64,000 nt of DNA from Nanobdellota archaeon (lineage in GTDB: Archaea; Nanobdellota; Nanobdellia; UBA10117; ARS21): the NCBI GenBank assembly GCA_014239585.1, contig JAAZYP010000001.1, positions 111,421-175,420 of the forward strand, read 5' to 3'. The notes beneath the pieces are model-generated. The model saw only the letters and a program-made list of their open reading frames with translations. It had not been told where the DNA came from and searched no databases. Position 1 is the first letter of the stretch. Each line of letters opens with the position of its first letter. A program made the position numbers and the translations under genes. Shown here one piece after another: positions 30,257 through 39,383 of the stretch.

Positions 30257-30299
30257 AATTTACCGTCAGATGGCGATTTAAAAAGGTTATTATTGATAA

Positions 30300-31481
30300 T
30301 TATTTATCCGCAACAATTTCAATAATATCATAATTTTCGAGTTCATATTCTTTGCCAACAGTTTTTTTCGTTTTTACATTAATCGCACGTATAAATTTAT
30401 TGCCAAAATCAGTATGTAATTTATATGCGAAATCTAACGCCGTTGAACCTCGTCGCATAATAAAACAATCGGGCAAAACATTGCCTTGCGAATCTTCTAA
30501 ACTCGATACACCTCCTGGGTGCACACAAATCGAATCCAATAATTTAAATACTGAATAATTTAGTATATCTTGAACACCTGTCGTCTTGTAAGTTCTTAAA
30601 TATTCATCAATAGTATTTAGTGCAGTCGATTGTGCAGCGTTAGGTTTTCCGATTGTTTCAAATTTTGATAATCCGGGTATGTAATCTATAATTTTATGTT
30701 TTGATGCTTCGCGAAGCGCGAGTTCATATTCAGTTGAACAAGGAATAACATAACTTTTTGTACTCGATTTCAGTTTTTCTAAAATTTCAGGTGTACTTTT
30801 GTCAAATTTATTTGCAGCAATTATAATGGGTTTACTTTTTTTACGCAAAGTTGCACTAAATTTTTTAATGTCTTCATCAGTCCAAGTGGTTAGTTTATCA
30901 CTTAATTTAGTTTCATCAAAAGCTGATCTAACCATTCCAAAATTTATTTTTAATCCGGAGAAATGTTCAGCAATAGATTTTGCTATAGGTTTTCCTGAAA
31001 GTTGCAATTGACGTGCAAATTTATTCCATCCGCGTTCAAATATTTGATGAAACCAAGTATCTAATTCGGTTTCCAAAAAATTAATATCATTTACTGGATT
31101 ATATGAACCCGGAGCTACGGATTCACCACGTTCATTTGTTGATCCTGATGCATCGATCACATGAATTAATACATCTGCAGCACCTAAATCATCTAAAAAT
31201 TTATTACCCATTCCCTTACCTTCGCTCGCACCTGGAACCAACCCGGCAACATCAATTAGATCGATAGGAACAAATCTATATTTACCATGAATATAACCTT
31301 CCCGAGGAGTTGCATTTTTTCCAAATTCCAGCGCAATATCTTTAATTTTAACAAAACCAGTACCTCGATTTGGTTGAATTGTTGCAAAAGGATAATCTCC
31401 AATAAGTGCTTCAGCGAGGGTGGCAGATCTAAAGAATGTACTTTTACCAACATTTGGTTTACCAACAACACCAATTAACAT
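30300..31481 (-). CDS. Obg-like GTPase/ATPase (YchF/DRG family) with C-terminal TGS domain
   Basis: [15 protein letters not shown]-loop, YPFATIQPN (YchF-like G2), NKFD G4. Confidence 0.7.
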   Translation of the reverse strand: MLIGVVGKPNVGKSTFFRSATLAEALIGDYPFATIQPNRGTGFVKIKDIALEFGKNATPREGYIHGKYRFVPIDLIDVAGLVPGASEGKGMGNKFLDDLGAADVLIHVIDASGSTNERGESVAPGSYNPVNDINFLETELDTWFHQIFERGWNKFARQLQLSGKPIAKSIAEHFSGLKINFGMVRSAFDETKLSDKLTTWTDEDIKKFSATLRKKSKPIIIAANKFDKSTPEILEKLKSSTKSYVIPCSTEYELALREASKHKIIDYIPGLSKFETIGKPNAAQSTALNTIDEYLRTYKTTGVQDILNYSVFKLLDSICVHPGGVSSLEDSQGNVLPDCFIMRRGSTALDFAYKLHTDFGNKFIRAINVKTKKTVGKEYELENYDIIEIVADK

Positions 31482-31518
31482 AATTAGAATTTGAACTCGA
31501 ATTTTTAAGGGTTCTTAT

Positions 31519-32262
31519 TTATGCTAAAAGTACCATCGCATAAATTCCTAATACAAAAAATAATAATTGCAATAGTGATTTAGTTGTATTTGTTTCTTTA
31601 TGGAGTTCCGGAATTAAATCAGCTGCAGCAATATAAATAAATTGTCCTGCTGCAATTGGAATTAACATATTTTCGATACCAGTGATATATACTGATGCAG
31701 TTAATGCGATAATAACTCCAAATACTGCACTTAATGCTGAAATAAAATTGAAAAATAATGCTTTACTTCGAGAAAATCCACCGTGCATCAATACTCCGAA
31801 ATCACTTATTTCTTGAGGTATTTCGTGAAGTGCAACTGCAATAGTTGTAGCTATACCTACTTGTATCGAAATTAAATAACTTGCACCGATAATTAGTCCA
31901 TCAATAAAATTATGAACACCGTCTCCAATTAAATTCATAATTGCAAAAGGTTCAACTTTATGATGTTTATGATTTTGTGTATGACAGTGATGCCAATGTA
32001 CAAATTTTTCTAAAATAAACATTAAAACAATTCCAAATAATACCCACAAGGATATAGACATAGTAAAACCTGTAATACTAACAATTTCAGGAAGAAGATG
32101 AATGAATGCATCACCGATTAATGCTCCTGCAGAAAAACTTACTAAATAAATTAATATTCGATTTAGAGTCTTTTCTTTTATTGACAGAGTGAATAATCCG
32201 ACAAATGCCAGCAAACTTATTATCAAAACACTTCCTATCGCATATGCCCAAGATTGAATCAT
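31519..32262 (-). CDS. zupT: ZIP-family zinc transporter
   Basis: His-rich loop HWHHCHTQNHKHHK, HNFIDGL and HEIPQE metal-binding motifs; 8 TM helices. Confidence 0.8.
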   Translation of the reverse strand: MIQSWAYAIGSVLIISLLAFVGLFTLSIKEKTLNRILIYLVSFSAGALIGDAFIHLLPEIVSITGFTMSISLWVLFGIVLMFILEKFVHWHHCHTQNHKHHKVEPFAIMNLIGDGVHNFIDGLIIGASYLISIQVGIATTIAVALHEIPQEISDFGVLMHGGFSRSKALFFNFISALSAVFGVIIALTASVYITGIENMLIPIAAGQFIYIAAADLIPELHKETNTTKSLLQLLFFVLGIYAMVLLA

Positions 32263-32342
32263 ATTATAATTTGAATTTTTAATTATATAATTGTTTCTTC
32301 TAGAATAAATAGATTTAAATTAAAAAGATTAATTTATCTATT

Positions 32343-32876
32343 ATGACCTCGGGAATTAGAGCAATAGATATTATGAGTCATAAAGTTGTTACAGCAAATA
32401 CAAATATGACTATTTTTGAAGCAGCCAAATTAATGAATAAACATCGGATCGGCGGATTACCCGTTTGTGACGGTGACGAATTATTAGGATTATTAACTGA
32501 ACGAGATATTATGATGAAAGTTATCGCAGCAGATAAACATCCTTCAAAAACAACAGTCAAACAAGTTATGAATTCGCCGTTAAAGGCACATGCACAAAAA
32601 TTTGAAGATATTTCTGAACTTGCTCGAAAAATGAATGAACACGATATTTCCAGAGTTCCGATATTACATGAAGGAAAGTTAGTCGGAATTGTTACAAACA
32701 AAGATATACTGGAACACGCACCTCACTTACTTGAAACGTTTTTAGAGAGAGGACGAATATCTGCAAAAGGTAAACCTGAACATCCTGAAGCATTCGGAGT
32801 CTGCGAGATGTGTAATTTATCGGGACATTTACATTATAGTTCAAATAATGGATTTATTTGTGATGAATGTTTATAA
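32343..32876 (+). CDS. CBS-pair domain protein with C-terminal zinc ribbon
   Basis: Two CBS motifs (HRIGGLPVCD, ISRVPILHEGKLVGIVTNKD) plus C-terminal CEMC...CDEC. Confidence 0.7.
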   Translation: MTSGIRAIDIMSHKVVTANTNMTIFEAAKLMNKHRIGGLPVCDGDELLGLLTERDIMMKVIAADKHPSKTTVKQVMNSPLKAHAQKFEDISELARKMNEHDISRVPILHEGKLVGIVTNKDILEHAPHLLETFLERGRISAKGKPEHPEAFGVCEMCNLSGHLHYSSNNGFICDECL

Positions 32877-33614
32877 CACATTAATTAAATTTCTTAATCC
32901 TTGCGCCAGACCCAATACAAAAATAGATATAATAATTAATTTAGATAATTTTGATTTATCCCCATTTAGATAATAAATTACAGGAATAATAATAATCAAT
33001 TTTGCAGGTATAAACGCTAAAGGTGTTCCAAAAAAATCAATTACTGCACGCGGAATAACATGTTTTTCAAATCCACCAAAGAATAACAGAATAAATCCCG
33101 TGTTTAATGCATCAAATAATTGTGCAGTTAAAGCATAATTTGAAATTTTTGAAAAATTTAATGATTTTGTCCAACTTAATAATAATTTTGAAGCAAAAAT
33201 TGTTAATACTAAAATAAAAATCAAGTATGATTTAATTGAGAAACTAATACCATAAATTAATAAAAAAGAAATTAATGAAAGTAGACCTAATTCTTTCAAT
33301 TTACCGAATAATAGTCCGATCATGAATAATGAAGCCAAAGTTAGATATAATCCTGGGCTAACTGTAAAAAATGTCTTTTCAATTAAACCTTTATCAACAT
33401 AAGATCTCATTAATGCACCAAATATAATGTAAGGTACAAGATTTCTAACAAAAATTATATCCAATTTTATTTTTTTATGTTTGATAAAATACTTGATAAA
33501 ATAAATCCCTAAAAATGCAAATAACCCATAAGTAATAGTATTAACTAAATTATATTCATATATTCCGTTGAAAGGTAAAATAAAATATTTATTTAGAAGT
33601 TCTAGAAATGCCAT
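32871..33614 (-). CDS. polytopic membrane protein (DUF63-like?)
   Basis: 247 aa, 7-8 TM helices. Confidence 0.5.
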   Translation of the reverse strand: MAFLELLNKYFILPFNGIYEYNLVNTITYGLFAFLGIYFIKYFIKHKKIKLDIIFVRNLVPYIIFGALMRSYVDKGLIEKTFFTVSPGLYLTLASLFMIGLLFGKLKELGLLSLISFLLIYGISFSIKSYLIFILVLTIFASKLLLSWTKSLNFSKISNYALTAQLFDALNTGFILLFFGGFEKHVIPRAVIDFFGTPLAFIPAKLIIIIPVIYYLNGDKSKLSKLIIISIFVLGLAQGLRNLINVL

Positions 33615-34045
33615 CCTTCATCCTCGTCTTTTTGAGTTGTTGGCGCAGGAGAAGTTTGTTCTTGAGTTTGTTGTTGTGGCGATTGATAAGGATTAAATTG
33701 TGGTTGAGTCGGTTGCGACTGAACTTGTACTGGTTTTGCCGTAGTAGAATGTTTTTGTTCAAGCGAATTAACTCGCTGAGATAATCCATCTAAACTAGAT
33801 TTCATAGTTTCTACTTTTGAAACCAATAAATTCAAAGTTGATTGAATGGAACTTAATTGAGAATTATTTTCAGTCACCGGATTGGATACAGGCATAGTTG
33901 GGCTAGAGTGTTCTGGAGTCATAATCGGTTCGGAATCAAAAGATGGTCCAGGCACAGAAGATGTTCTTGATCCCAAAGAATCACCAAATTCAGGAAAATC
34001 TTCTTTATTTTTTTTTAAAGGATTTAGTTTATCAAAAATAGCCAT
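33602..34045 (-). CDS. coiled-coil protein with Q/P/T-rich low-complexity tail
   Basis: 147 aa; stop overlaps the downstream membrane gene by 13 nt. A coiled-coil heptad segment is followed by a Q/P/T-rich tail. Confidence 0.45.
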   Translation of the reverse strand: MAIFDKLNPLKKNKEDFPEFGDSLGSRTSSVPGPSFDSEPIMTPEHSSPTMPVSNPVTENNSQLSSIQSTLNLLVSKVETMKSSLDGLSQRVNSLEQKHSTTAKPVQVQSQPTQPQFNPYQSPQQQTQEQTSPAPTTQKDEDEGWHF

Positions 34046-34104
34046 TATATAATTGACAATCAGAAGCTTATATATTTTTTGTAAGAAGAAAGATATTAAT
34101 AATA

Positions 34105-35562
34105 TTGAATGGAATTATGATTATGTCAGATCATCCTCTCGGTAAAGCTGTGTTCGAAACCGAAATTCATTACGAAAATTTTCAAGAAGGTATTGAAAAA
34201 TTTTATTTTACGGTTATAGATATAGTTGAAAACAGTTTAGGATATGAAATAAATAAAACTGAAGATCAATTTTTGACATCACCCGGTTCCGCACAATGGC
34301 AAGTTTTTGAGCAACGAAAAGCTGCTCAACAAGAAAAAGCCGCTCAATATCTTGCAAATATTGGTCGAATGACTAAAGATATGATGGTACTTTATCGCGA
34401 ATTAAAGATTCAGGATGAAAGATTGGGATTTTATAAAAAATCAAATGACGGTGATAAAGCTGCAGAAATTTCACTGAAAACACTGTATGTTGATCTTGTT
34501 CAAGGTGGTGCTAAAGATCCATCATCAGTCTTAGGTTTAGCTCAACATGTCGGATTTGTAACATTACCTGATTTATTTTTCAAGTTGGATATCAAAAAAG
34601 AAGAGGATATAGATAAAATTGTGGAAAAGGTTGAAACAAATACTCAAGTTAAGAACGTATTAAAGCGAGAATTATTCAAATATGCGCGGTGGCGGAATAG
34701 AACATACGATGAGCTGACCACACGTAGACATTTCAATATAAAGTATTTGGCTCAACATTTTAATGTCATCAAAATGTATTTAGAATGGGCAAAACCATAT
34801 TTACATAACGTAACTAACTTAACTCAAAATAGTAAAAATGAAAAATCATATCAAATTTTACAAACTTCAGAAAGTTCAATATCCGATATTGAAGTTGTAT
34901 GTAAGCGTAAAAAAATTGATGCTGCAAAGGATTTTGAATATATTTTTCCAATAATTACAGTTACATTTCATCATCGAACTCGTCCAGTTATGGCATATCA
35001 GGGACAGGAATACAGTAAGGGCGCAATTCAATTAGGGCGAATTGAATGTGAAATGAAAGGATTTAATCTAACTGAAACTGAATATAAGAATTATCTTGAT
35101 AAGAAGGAAAAGGATATACTTGAACTCTTATCTTCAGTCGATGAATCGATGAAAGTATTTTTGAATGATTCCAATTCGAAAAAAGATTTTGAGGCATATT
35201 TAGCAGAAGCACGTGAAGAAAACAAAGCTGACAAAGATAAAACCAAAAAATCAGGATCAATTTTAGATATGTTTCGATTCGGAGGCAAGAAAAAATCAAA
35301 AACTAAAGAAAAATCAGATTATACACCATTTATTGATGATTATCGAAAAGAAGATAAAAAAGCAGATAAAATTAAAAAAGAAGTAACTAGTTTTATAATT
35401 TCAAAACTTCGTAAAAAACATAAATTATCGTTAGTTAAATCTGAAAAAATTTTAAAAAAATATAATGAAGACAAGGCATTATCTAAAAATTCAGTTAAAA
35501 GTAATTTAGAAGTTCTATATGATATTATAAAAATAAATTATGGAATGATTCGAAATGAGTAG
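34105..35562 (+). CDS. hypothetical protein, first gene of 4-gene plus-strand operon
   Basis: 485 aa, no recognisable motif; stop overlaps the next ORF by 8 nt. Confidence 0.55.
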   Translation: MNGIMIMSDHPLGKAVFETEIHYENFQEGIEKFYFTVIDIVENSLGYEINKTEDQFLTSPGSAQWQVFEQRKAAQQEKAAQYLANIGRMTKDMMVLYRELKIQDERLGFYKKSNDGDKAAEISLKTLYVDLVQGGAKDPSSVLGLAQHVGFVTLPDLFFKLDIKKEEDIDKIVEKVETNTQVKNVLKRELFKYARWRNRTYDELTTRRHFNIKYLAQHFNVIKMYLEWAKPYLHNVTNLTQNSKNEKSYQILQTSESSISDIEVVCKRKKIDAAKDFEYIFPIITVTFHHRTRPVMAYQGQEYSKGAIQLGRIECEMKGFNLTETEYKNYLDKKEKDILELLSSVDESMKVFLNDSNSKKDFEAYLAEAREENKADKDKTKKSGSILDMFRFGGKKKSKTKEKSDYTPFIDDYRKEDKKADKIKKEVTSFIISKLRKKHKLSLVKSEKILKKYNEDKALSKNSVKSNLEVLYDIIKINYGMIRNE

Positions 35563-36013
35563 ATTTTTAGAATTAAAAAAACAATTAACTTTACTTGACC
35601 CATTTATTCGGTTGAAGCGAATAAAGGAAATTTTAGTTCATGTAAAATCAAAAAAAGCGCGTAAAGAATTGATTGATCTTGCAAGAATTGCAATATATCA
35701 ACTAAATCGAGTAAGAGAAGGAGAAGAACGTTCAAGTTTAGATTCAAAAATTACTGAAAATATATCTGATGATAAATTATCTGCAAAAATTGAACGAACG
35801 ATTGAAGAAATTGCTGAAGAAGAAAGTACATTAATTCAAAAATCTGAAGATCAAGAAATGAAAGGTCATGATTCACAAAAAAATGAATCTCCTGAAAATA
35901 TATATGGTCTAAATTCAAAAACTGATTCAGACGATTTTTATAAATCTACGAAATCAGATACATTTTATGCGTCTCCCGAAGAGGATAAAAAGGAGAAACG
36001 ATTATATTTCTAA
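35555..36013 (+). CDS. hypothetical acidic protein
   Basis: 152 aa; its stop abuts the ATG of the next gene with no gap. Confidence 0.45.
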   Translation: MSRFLELKKQLTLLDPFIRLKRIKEILVHVKSKKARKELIDLARIAIYQLNRVREGEERSSLDSKITENISDDKLSAKIERTIEEIAEEESTLIQKSEDQEMKGHDSQKNESPENIYGLNSKTDSDDFYKSTKSDTFYASPEEDKKEKRLYF

Positions 36014-37885
36014 ATGGGCGAAAATTGTCACGATCATGATACGCCAGAAATACCTGGATACTGGCATTCAATGGATAGCAATCCAAGTCAATATACTGGA
36101 GATAAATTTTCAGCAGGACAATTATCGATTTCCACACCTCCATTCAAAAATCAATTAGATAGTATTCGTACTCGAATTATGCAAGGTGCAACTAATGTTG
36201 AACTTGGTTTTACTGGAACTGGAAAAGGAACGGGTCAAAATTTAACTCCGGGAACACTGGGAATTCCCGAACGTATTGCAATTAAGGAGATTGCAAAAAT
36301 TAACGATGTTGGAATTAACTCAGTTCATTCTGCAATGAGTATACAAGGATTAGCAGGTTTTTCTCAAAATCAATTTAGTGAAGAAAAACGAGCAACTGAT
36401 ATAGAAGAAGTTAAGCGAACAATAGATTTTGCATCAGATGTTACTGATGGGGGTGCAATAGTTGTACATACGGGAGAGTTTCCATATAGCGTTAAACGAA
36501 AATACGGTGATAAGTTATTTACAACAAAAGACGGCAAAAAAATTGAATTATCTGAAGAGTTAGGAAGAGCAGAAACATATCCAATTCTTTTTGTAGATAA
36601 ATATGATGGAAACGTTTCAGGTGGAGTAAGACCGAATTGGACTAGTTTTAGTTTTGACGAAAAAGGTAAAGAACACACTATTAATTTAGATGATATGGAA
36701 AAACTTGCAAAATTTAATTTGGAAAAATATTCTGATAAAAATTTTATAGAAAAAAGTATCGATACATTTGGTAAACATTTGTCAGATAAACGAAAGAAAG
36801 AAATATATGAAAATAAAGAAGGATATGAAAAAACATTAGGAAATAAATATTGGTTAGCACAAGCACATGATTTAGATATATCTTCTAAAGAATCTGAGGC
36901 TAGGCGAGAAGAATATACGTTACGTGTAAATGAAGCTGCCGACAGATTAACTAAATTACATTCAGACATTGAAGCCAGAAAAAAAATAAAGAAAAATATT
37001 CCTAAAAATCGTTTTATTCCACACGATATTTCTGAAGTAAAAATTTCAGAATTGGAAGAAGATTATAAGAAATTATCATATCAGCAAAAACTTGATGAAA
37101 TGCATCGTCAAAGTTATACTTTAGCTCAAGCCGAGAAAGAAAAAAAGATATTTGATATGATTCCGATTGAAGATTATGGTAAACAACAAACTTCGAAATC
37201 TATTGCTGAATTAGCAATACATGCTCAAAAAATGACAAAAGAAAAAAACCTTAAAAAACCATTATTTGTTGCACCAGAAAATTTATGGGGAGGCGAATAT
37301 GGTGCTCACCCTGAAGATTTAAAACAGATAATAAATAATGCGCGATCACAGTTTGTTAAAAATGTGACTGATAACAAAACTATGTCTGAAAATGAAGCAA
37401 AAATTGCAGCAAAAGATCATATTAAAGCAACATTCGATATAGGTCATGCAAATATTTGGAGAAAATATTTTGGTGGGAATGATAACGAGTTCAAACAATG
37501 GTTGGGAAATGAAGTGAATAAACTAACAAAAGAAGGAATTATTGGGCATGTTCATGTTTCAGATAATTTCGGATATAATGATGAACATTTACCTCCAGGC
37601 TATGGTAATGCACCGATAAAGGAATTTATGACTCATTTGGAAAAGGGAAAATATAAAGGTGAAATAATTATCGAACCCGGACATCATGATATTCAATCCT
37701 ATAATTTGGGAATGAAACATTTAGAAACACCTATATATCGGATTCACAATAAGACCAGTACTTGGACAGATGTTGCAGGGTCTTATTTTGGAAAATCTCA
37801 TACTTATGGGTATATTACACCCCAATATCTTCCATCGCAAGATAAAAATCAAGCTTTTACTTGGTCAGAACTTCCATTGGAGTGA
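36014..37885 (+). CDS. xylose-isomerase-like TIM-barrel (AP-endonuclease-2/EndoIV family) protein with ~340-aa coiled-coil insertion
   Basis: Family motifs in order: SVHSAMS, AIVVHTGEF, then after a long coiled-coil insert FVAPENLWG (catalytic E of the lENt motif), FDIGHANIW (DxxH), GHVHVSDNFGYNDEHLPPGYGNAPI (HxxD...DxHLxPGxG), IIIEPGH (final E). Confidence 0.6.
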   Translation: MGENCHDHDTPEIPGYWHSMDSNPSQYTGDKFSAGQLSISTPPFKNQLDSIRTRIMQGATNVELGFTGTGKGTGQNLTPGTLGIPERIAIKEIAKINDVGINSVHSAMSIQGLAGFSQNQFSEEKRATDIEEVKRTIDFASDVTDGGAIVVHTGEFPYSVKRKYGDKLFTTKDGKKIELSEELGRAETYPILFVDKYDGNVSGGVRPNWTSFSFDEKGKEHTINLDDMEKLAKFNLEKYSDKNFIEKSIDTFGKHLSDKRKKEIYENKEGYEKTLGNKYWLAQAHDLDISSKESEARREEYTLRVNEAADRLTKLHSDIEARKKIKKNIPKNRFIPHDISEVKISELEEDYKKLSYQQKLDEMHRQSYTLAQAEKEKKIFDMIPIEDYGKQQTSKSIAELAIHAQKMTKEKNLKKPLFVAPENLWGGEYGAHPEDLKQIINNARSQFVKNVTDNKTMSENEAKIAAKDHIKATFDIGHANIWRKYFGGNDNEFKQWLGNEVNKLTKEGIIGHVHVSDNFGYNDEHLPPGYGNAPIKEFMTHLEKGKYKGEIIIEPGHHDIQSYNLGMKHLETPIYRIHNKTSTWTDVAGSYFGKSHTYGYITPQYLPSQDKNQAFTWSELPLE

Positions 37886-37916
37886 GCCAAAACTATTTAT
37901 ATTCTGAACTGAATAA

Positions 37917-38726
37917 TTGATTATGCGGTTTAGAGTTAATAAACGTAAGGTAAATTTTGAGTCAAAATATCCTAAACAAGACAGAGATTTAGCAAAGAAA
38001 TTTAGCAAATTAATATATAGTGAATTAGGCGATTTTATTAGCGCAGTGGTGTTATTTGGTTCTGCAGCAAAAGGAACATCAAAAAAGGAAAGTGATGTTG
38101 ATATTCTAATTATCATCGATGATGTACACATCGATTTATCAAAAGAAATAGTCGAAACATACAGAATTTTAATACAAAAAGCAGTTGCAAAAGTAAATCC
38201 AAAAAGACTTCATGTTCAATCATTAAAATTAACTGCATTTTGGGAATATACTCGTGCAGGAGATCCAGTAGCGATTAATATACTTCGAGATGGAATTGCA
38301 TTTATTGACAGAGGATTTTTTGAACCACTCCAGTTATTATTGTTGAATGGCCGGATCAGACCATCTCAGGAATCTGTTCAAACTTACATAAATATGGCAT
38401 TTTCTAGTTTAAATCGCAGTAAATCTGGAATAGATAGTGCAATTGTGGATCTATATTGGGCATGTATTGATTCAGCACATGCTGCATTAATGAGTCGAGG
38501 AGAAGTTCCAGTTTCACCAGCTCAAGTTGCAGATGAATTAGATAAAAAATTAGTTAAGAACAAACTCTTGGAAAAAAGATATGTTGATATTATGAGTCAT
38601 ATGTATGAATTATCCAAAAAACTTTTACGACGAGATATATCGAATCTATCAGGAAAAGATTACGATAAATATCTAAAATATACTGATGATTTTGTCAGTC
38701 GAATGACTAAAATAATCAAGTCTTAA
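37917..38726 (+). CDS. KNTase-like nucleotidyltransferase (Pol-beta superfamily NTase + helical HEPN-like C-domain)
   Basis: FGSAAKGTSKKESDVDILIIIDD = hG[GS]x(n)[DE]h[DE]h NTase signature. The C-terminal helical domain has R-x6-H (RYVDIMSH); 31 bp downstream of the TIM-barrel gene, same strand. Confidence 0.65.
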   Translation: MIMRFRVNKRKVNFESKYPKQDRDLAKKFSKLIYSELGDFISAVVLFGSAAKGTSKKESDVDILIIIDDVHIDLSKEIVETYRILIQKAVAKVNPKRLHVQSLKLTAFWEYTRAGDPVAINILRDGIAFIDRGFFEPLQLLLLNGRIRPSQESVQTYINMAFSSLNRSKSGIDSAIVDLYWACIDSAHAALMSRGEVPVSPAQVADELDKKLVKNKLLEKRYVDIMSHMYELSKKLLRRDISNLSGKDYDKYLKYTDDFVSRMTKIIKS

Positions 38727-39292
38727 AGACCGTGATTCAATAAGATCGTATAGGGTGTATTTGCCAATGCAGCTAAATCTGCCCGTAAATTATATTGTCT
38801 ATGTGCTCTATCTGTTAGAACACTTAATTGATTAGCAATTTGATCTCTTTCATCGGGTGTCGCAGTAGTATGATATTCATTAATATGATCTTGAACTGTA
38901 AGTAACATATCGGATCGATTTAAATTTAAAATTTGATCTGTGTTAATTCTTTGAGCTAAACCTTTTCCGTTCGATAATGCAAATGAAGCTATTCTTTCTC
39001 GTCTTGTTCGAGTATCATCAAATAATTGATCTGTACCAACTTGATACATTTGACCAATCATCGCTCGCATCGTGGATTCAACATGTGCATCTACTGCACC
39101 GTAGTCTACACCAAATCTATTATTCGCAATTCGCGCATTAAGCGTATCGATTGTAGTTGAAACATGATTGTGTGTTCTGGGCGCTACAGTTGTGAAATCT
39201 CTGATTAATCTTGTGAAATGATCATCCAACGTAGTTGTATCTTCATCTCTAATTCTTTGTGTGGTATCCAACATAAAGTTTGGTAGTGCCAT
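38723..39292 (-). CDS. hypothetical lysine-free protein (1 Lys, 0 Cys, 0 Trp in 189 aa)
   Basis: Uninterrupted 189-codon ORF with host-like AT-rich codons but composition dominated by T/R/D/N/A/L/H/Q. Convergent with the upstream NTase (4-nt overlap), divergent from the downstream NTase. Confidence 0.5.
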   Translation of the reverse strand: MALPNFMLDTTQRIRDEDTTTLDDHFTRLIRDFTTVAPRTHNHVSTTIDTLNARIANNRFGVDYGAVDAHVESTMRAMIGQMYQVGTDQLFDDTRTRRERIASFALSNGKGLAQRINTDQILNLNRSDMLLTVQDHINEYHTTATPDERDQIANQLSVLTDRAHRQYNLRADLAALANTPYTILLNHGL

Positions 39293-39383
39293 AATCCCCT
39301 CATTAATATTTTGTTTATAAGTGTTTCGTTTTCTTTAGATATGCCTGAGAAACCTTTAAATTAATGAAAAAACGACATACAAT

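Noticed and set aside
36370-36969. 199-aa minus-strand ORF inside the TIM-barrel gene
   Set aside because: Antisense to a coding region with recognisable catalytic motifs; serine-rich nonsense composition.
38723-39292. Possibility that the lysine-free ORF is non-coding (ORF artefact over a structured RNA)
   Set aside because: Third-codon positions follow host AT-rich preference and the ORF is 189 codons in a stop-rich genome. Coding is more parsimonious, though unproven.
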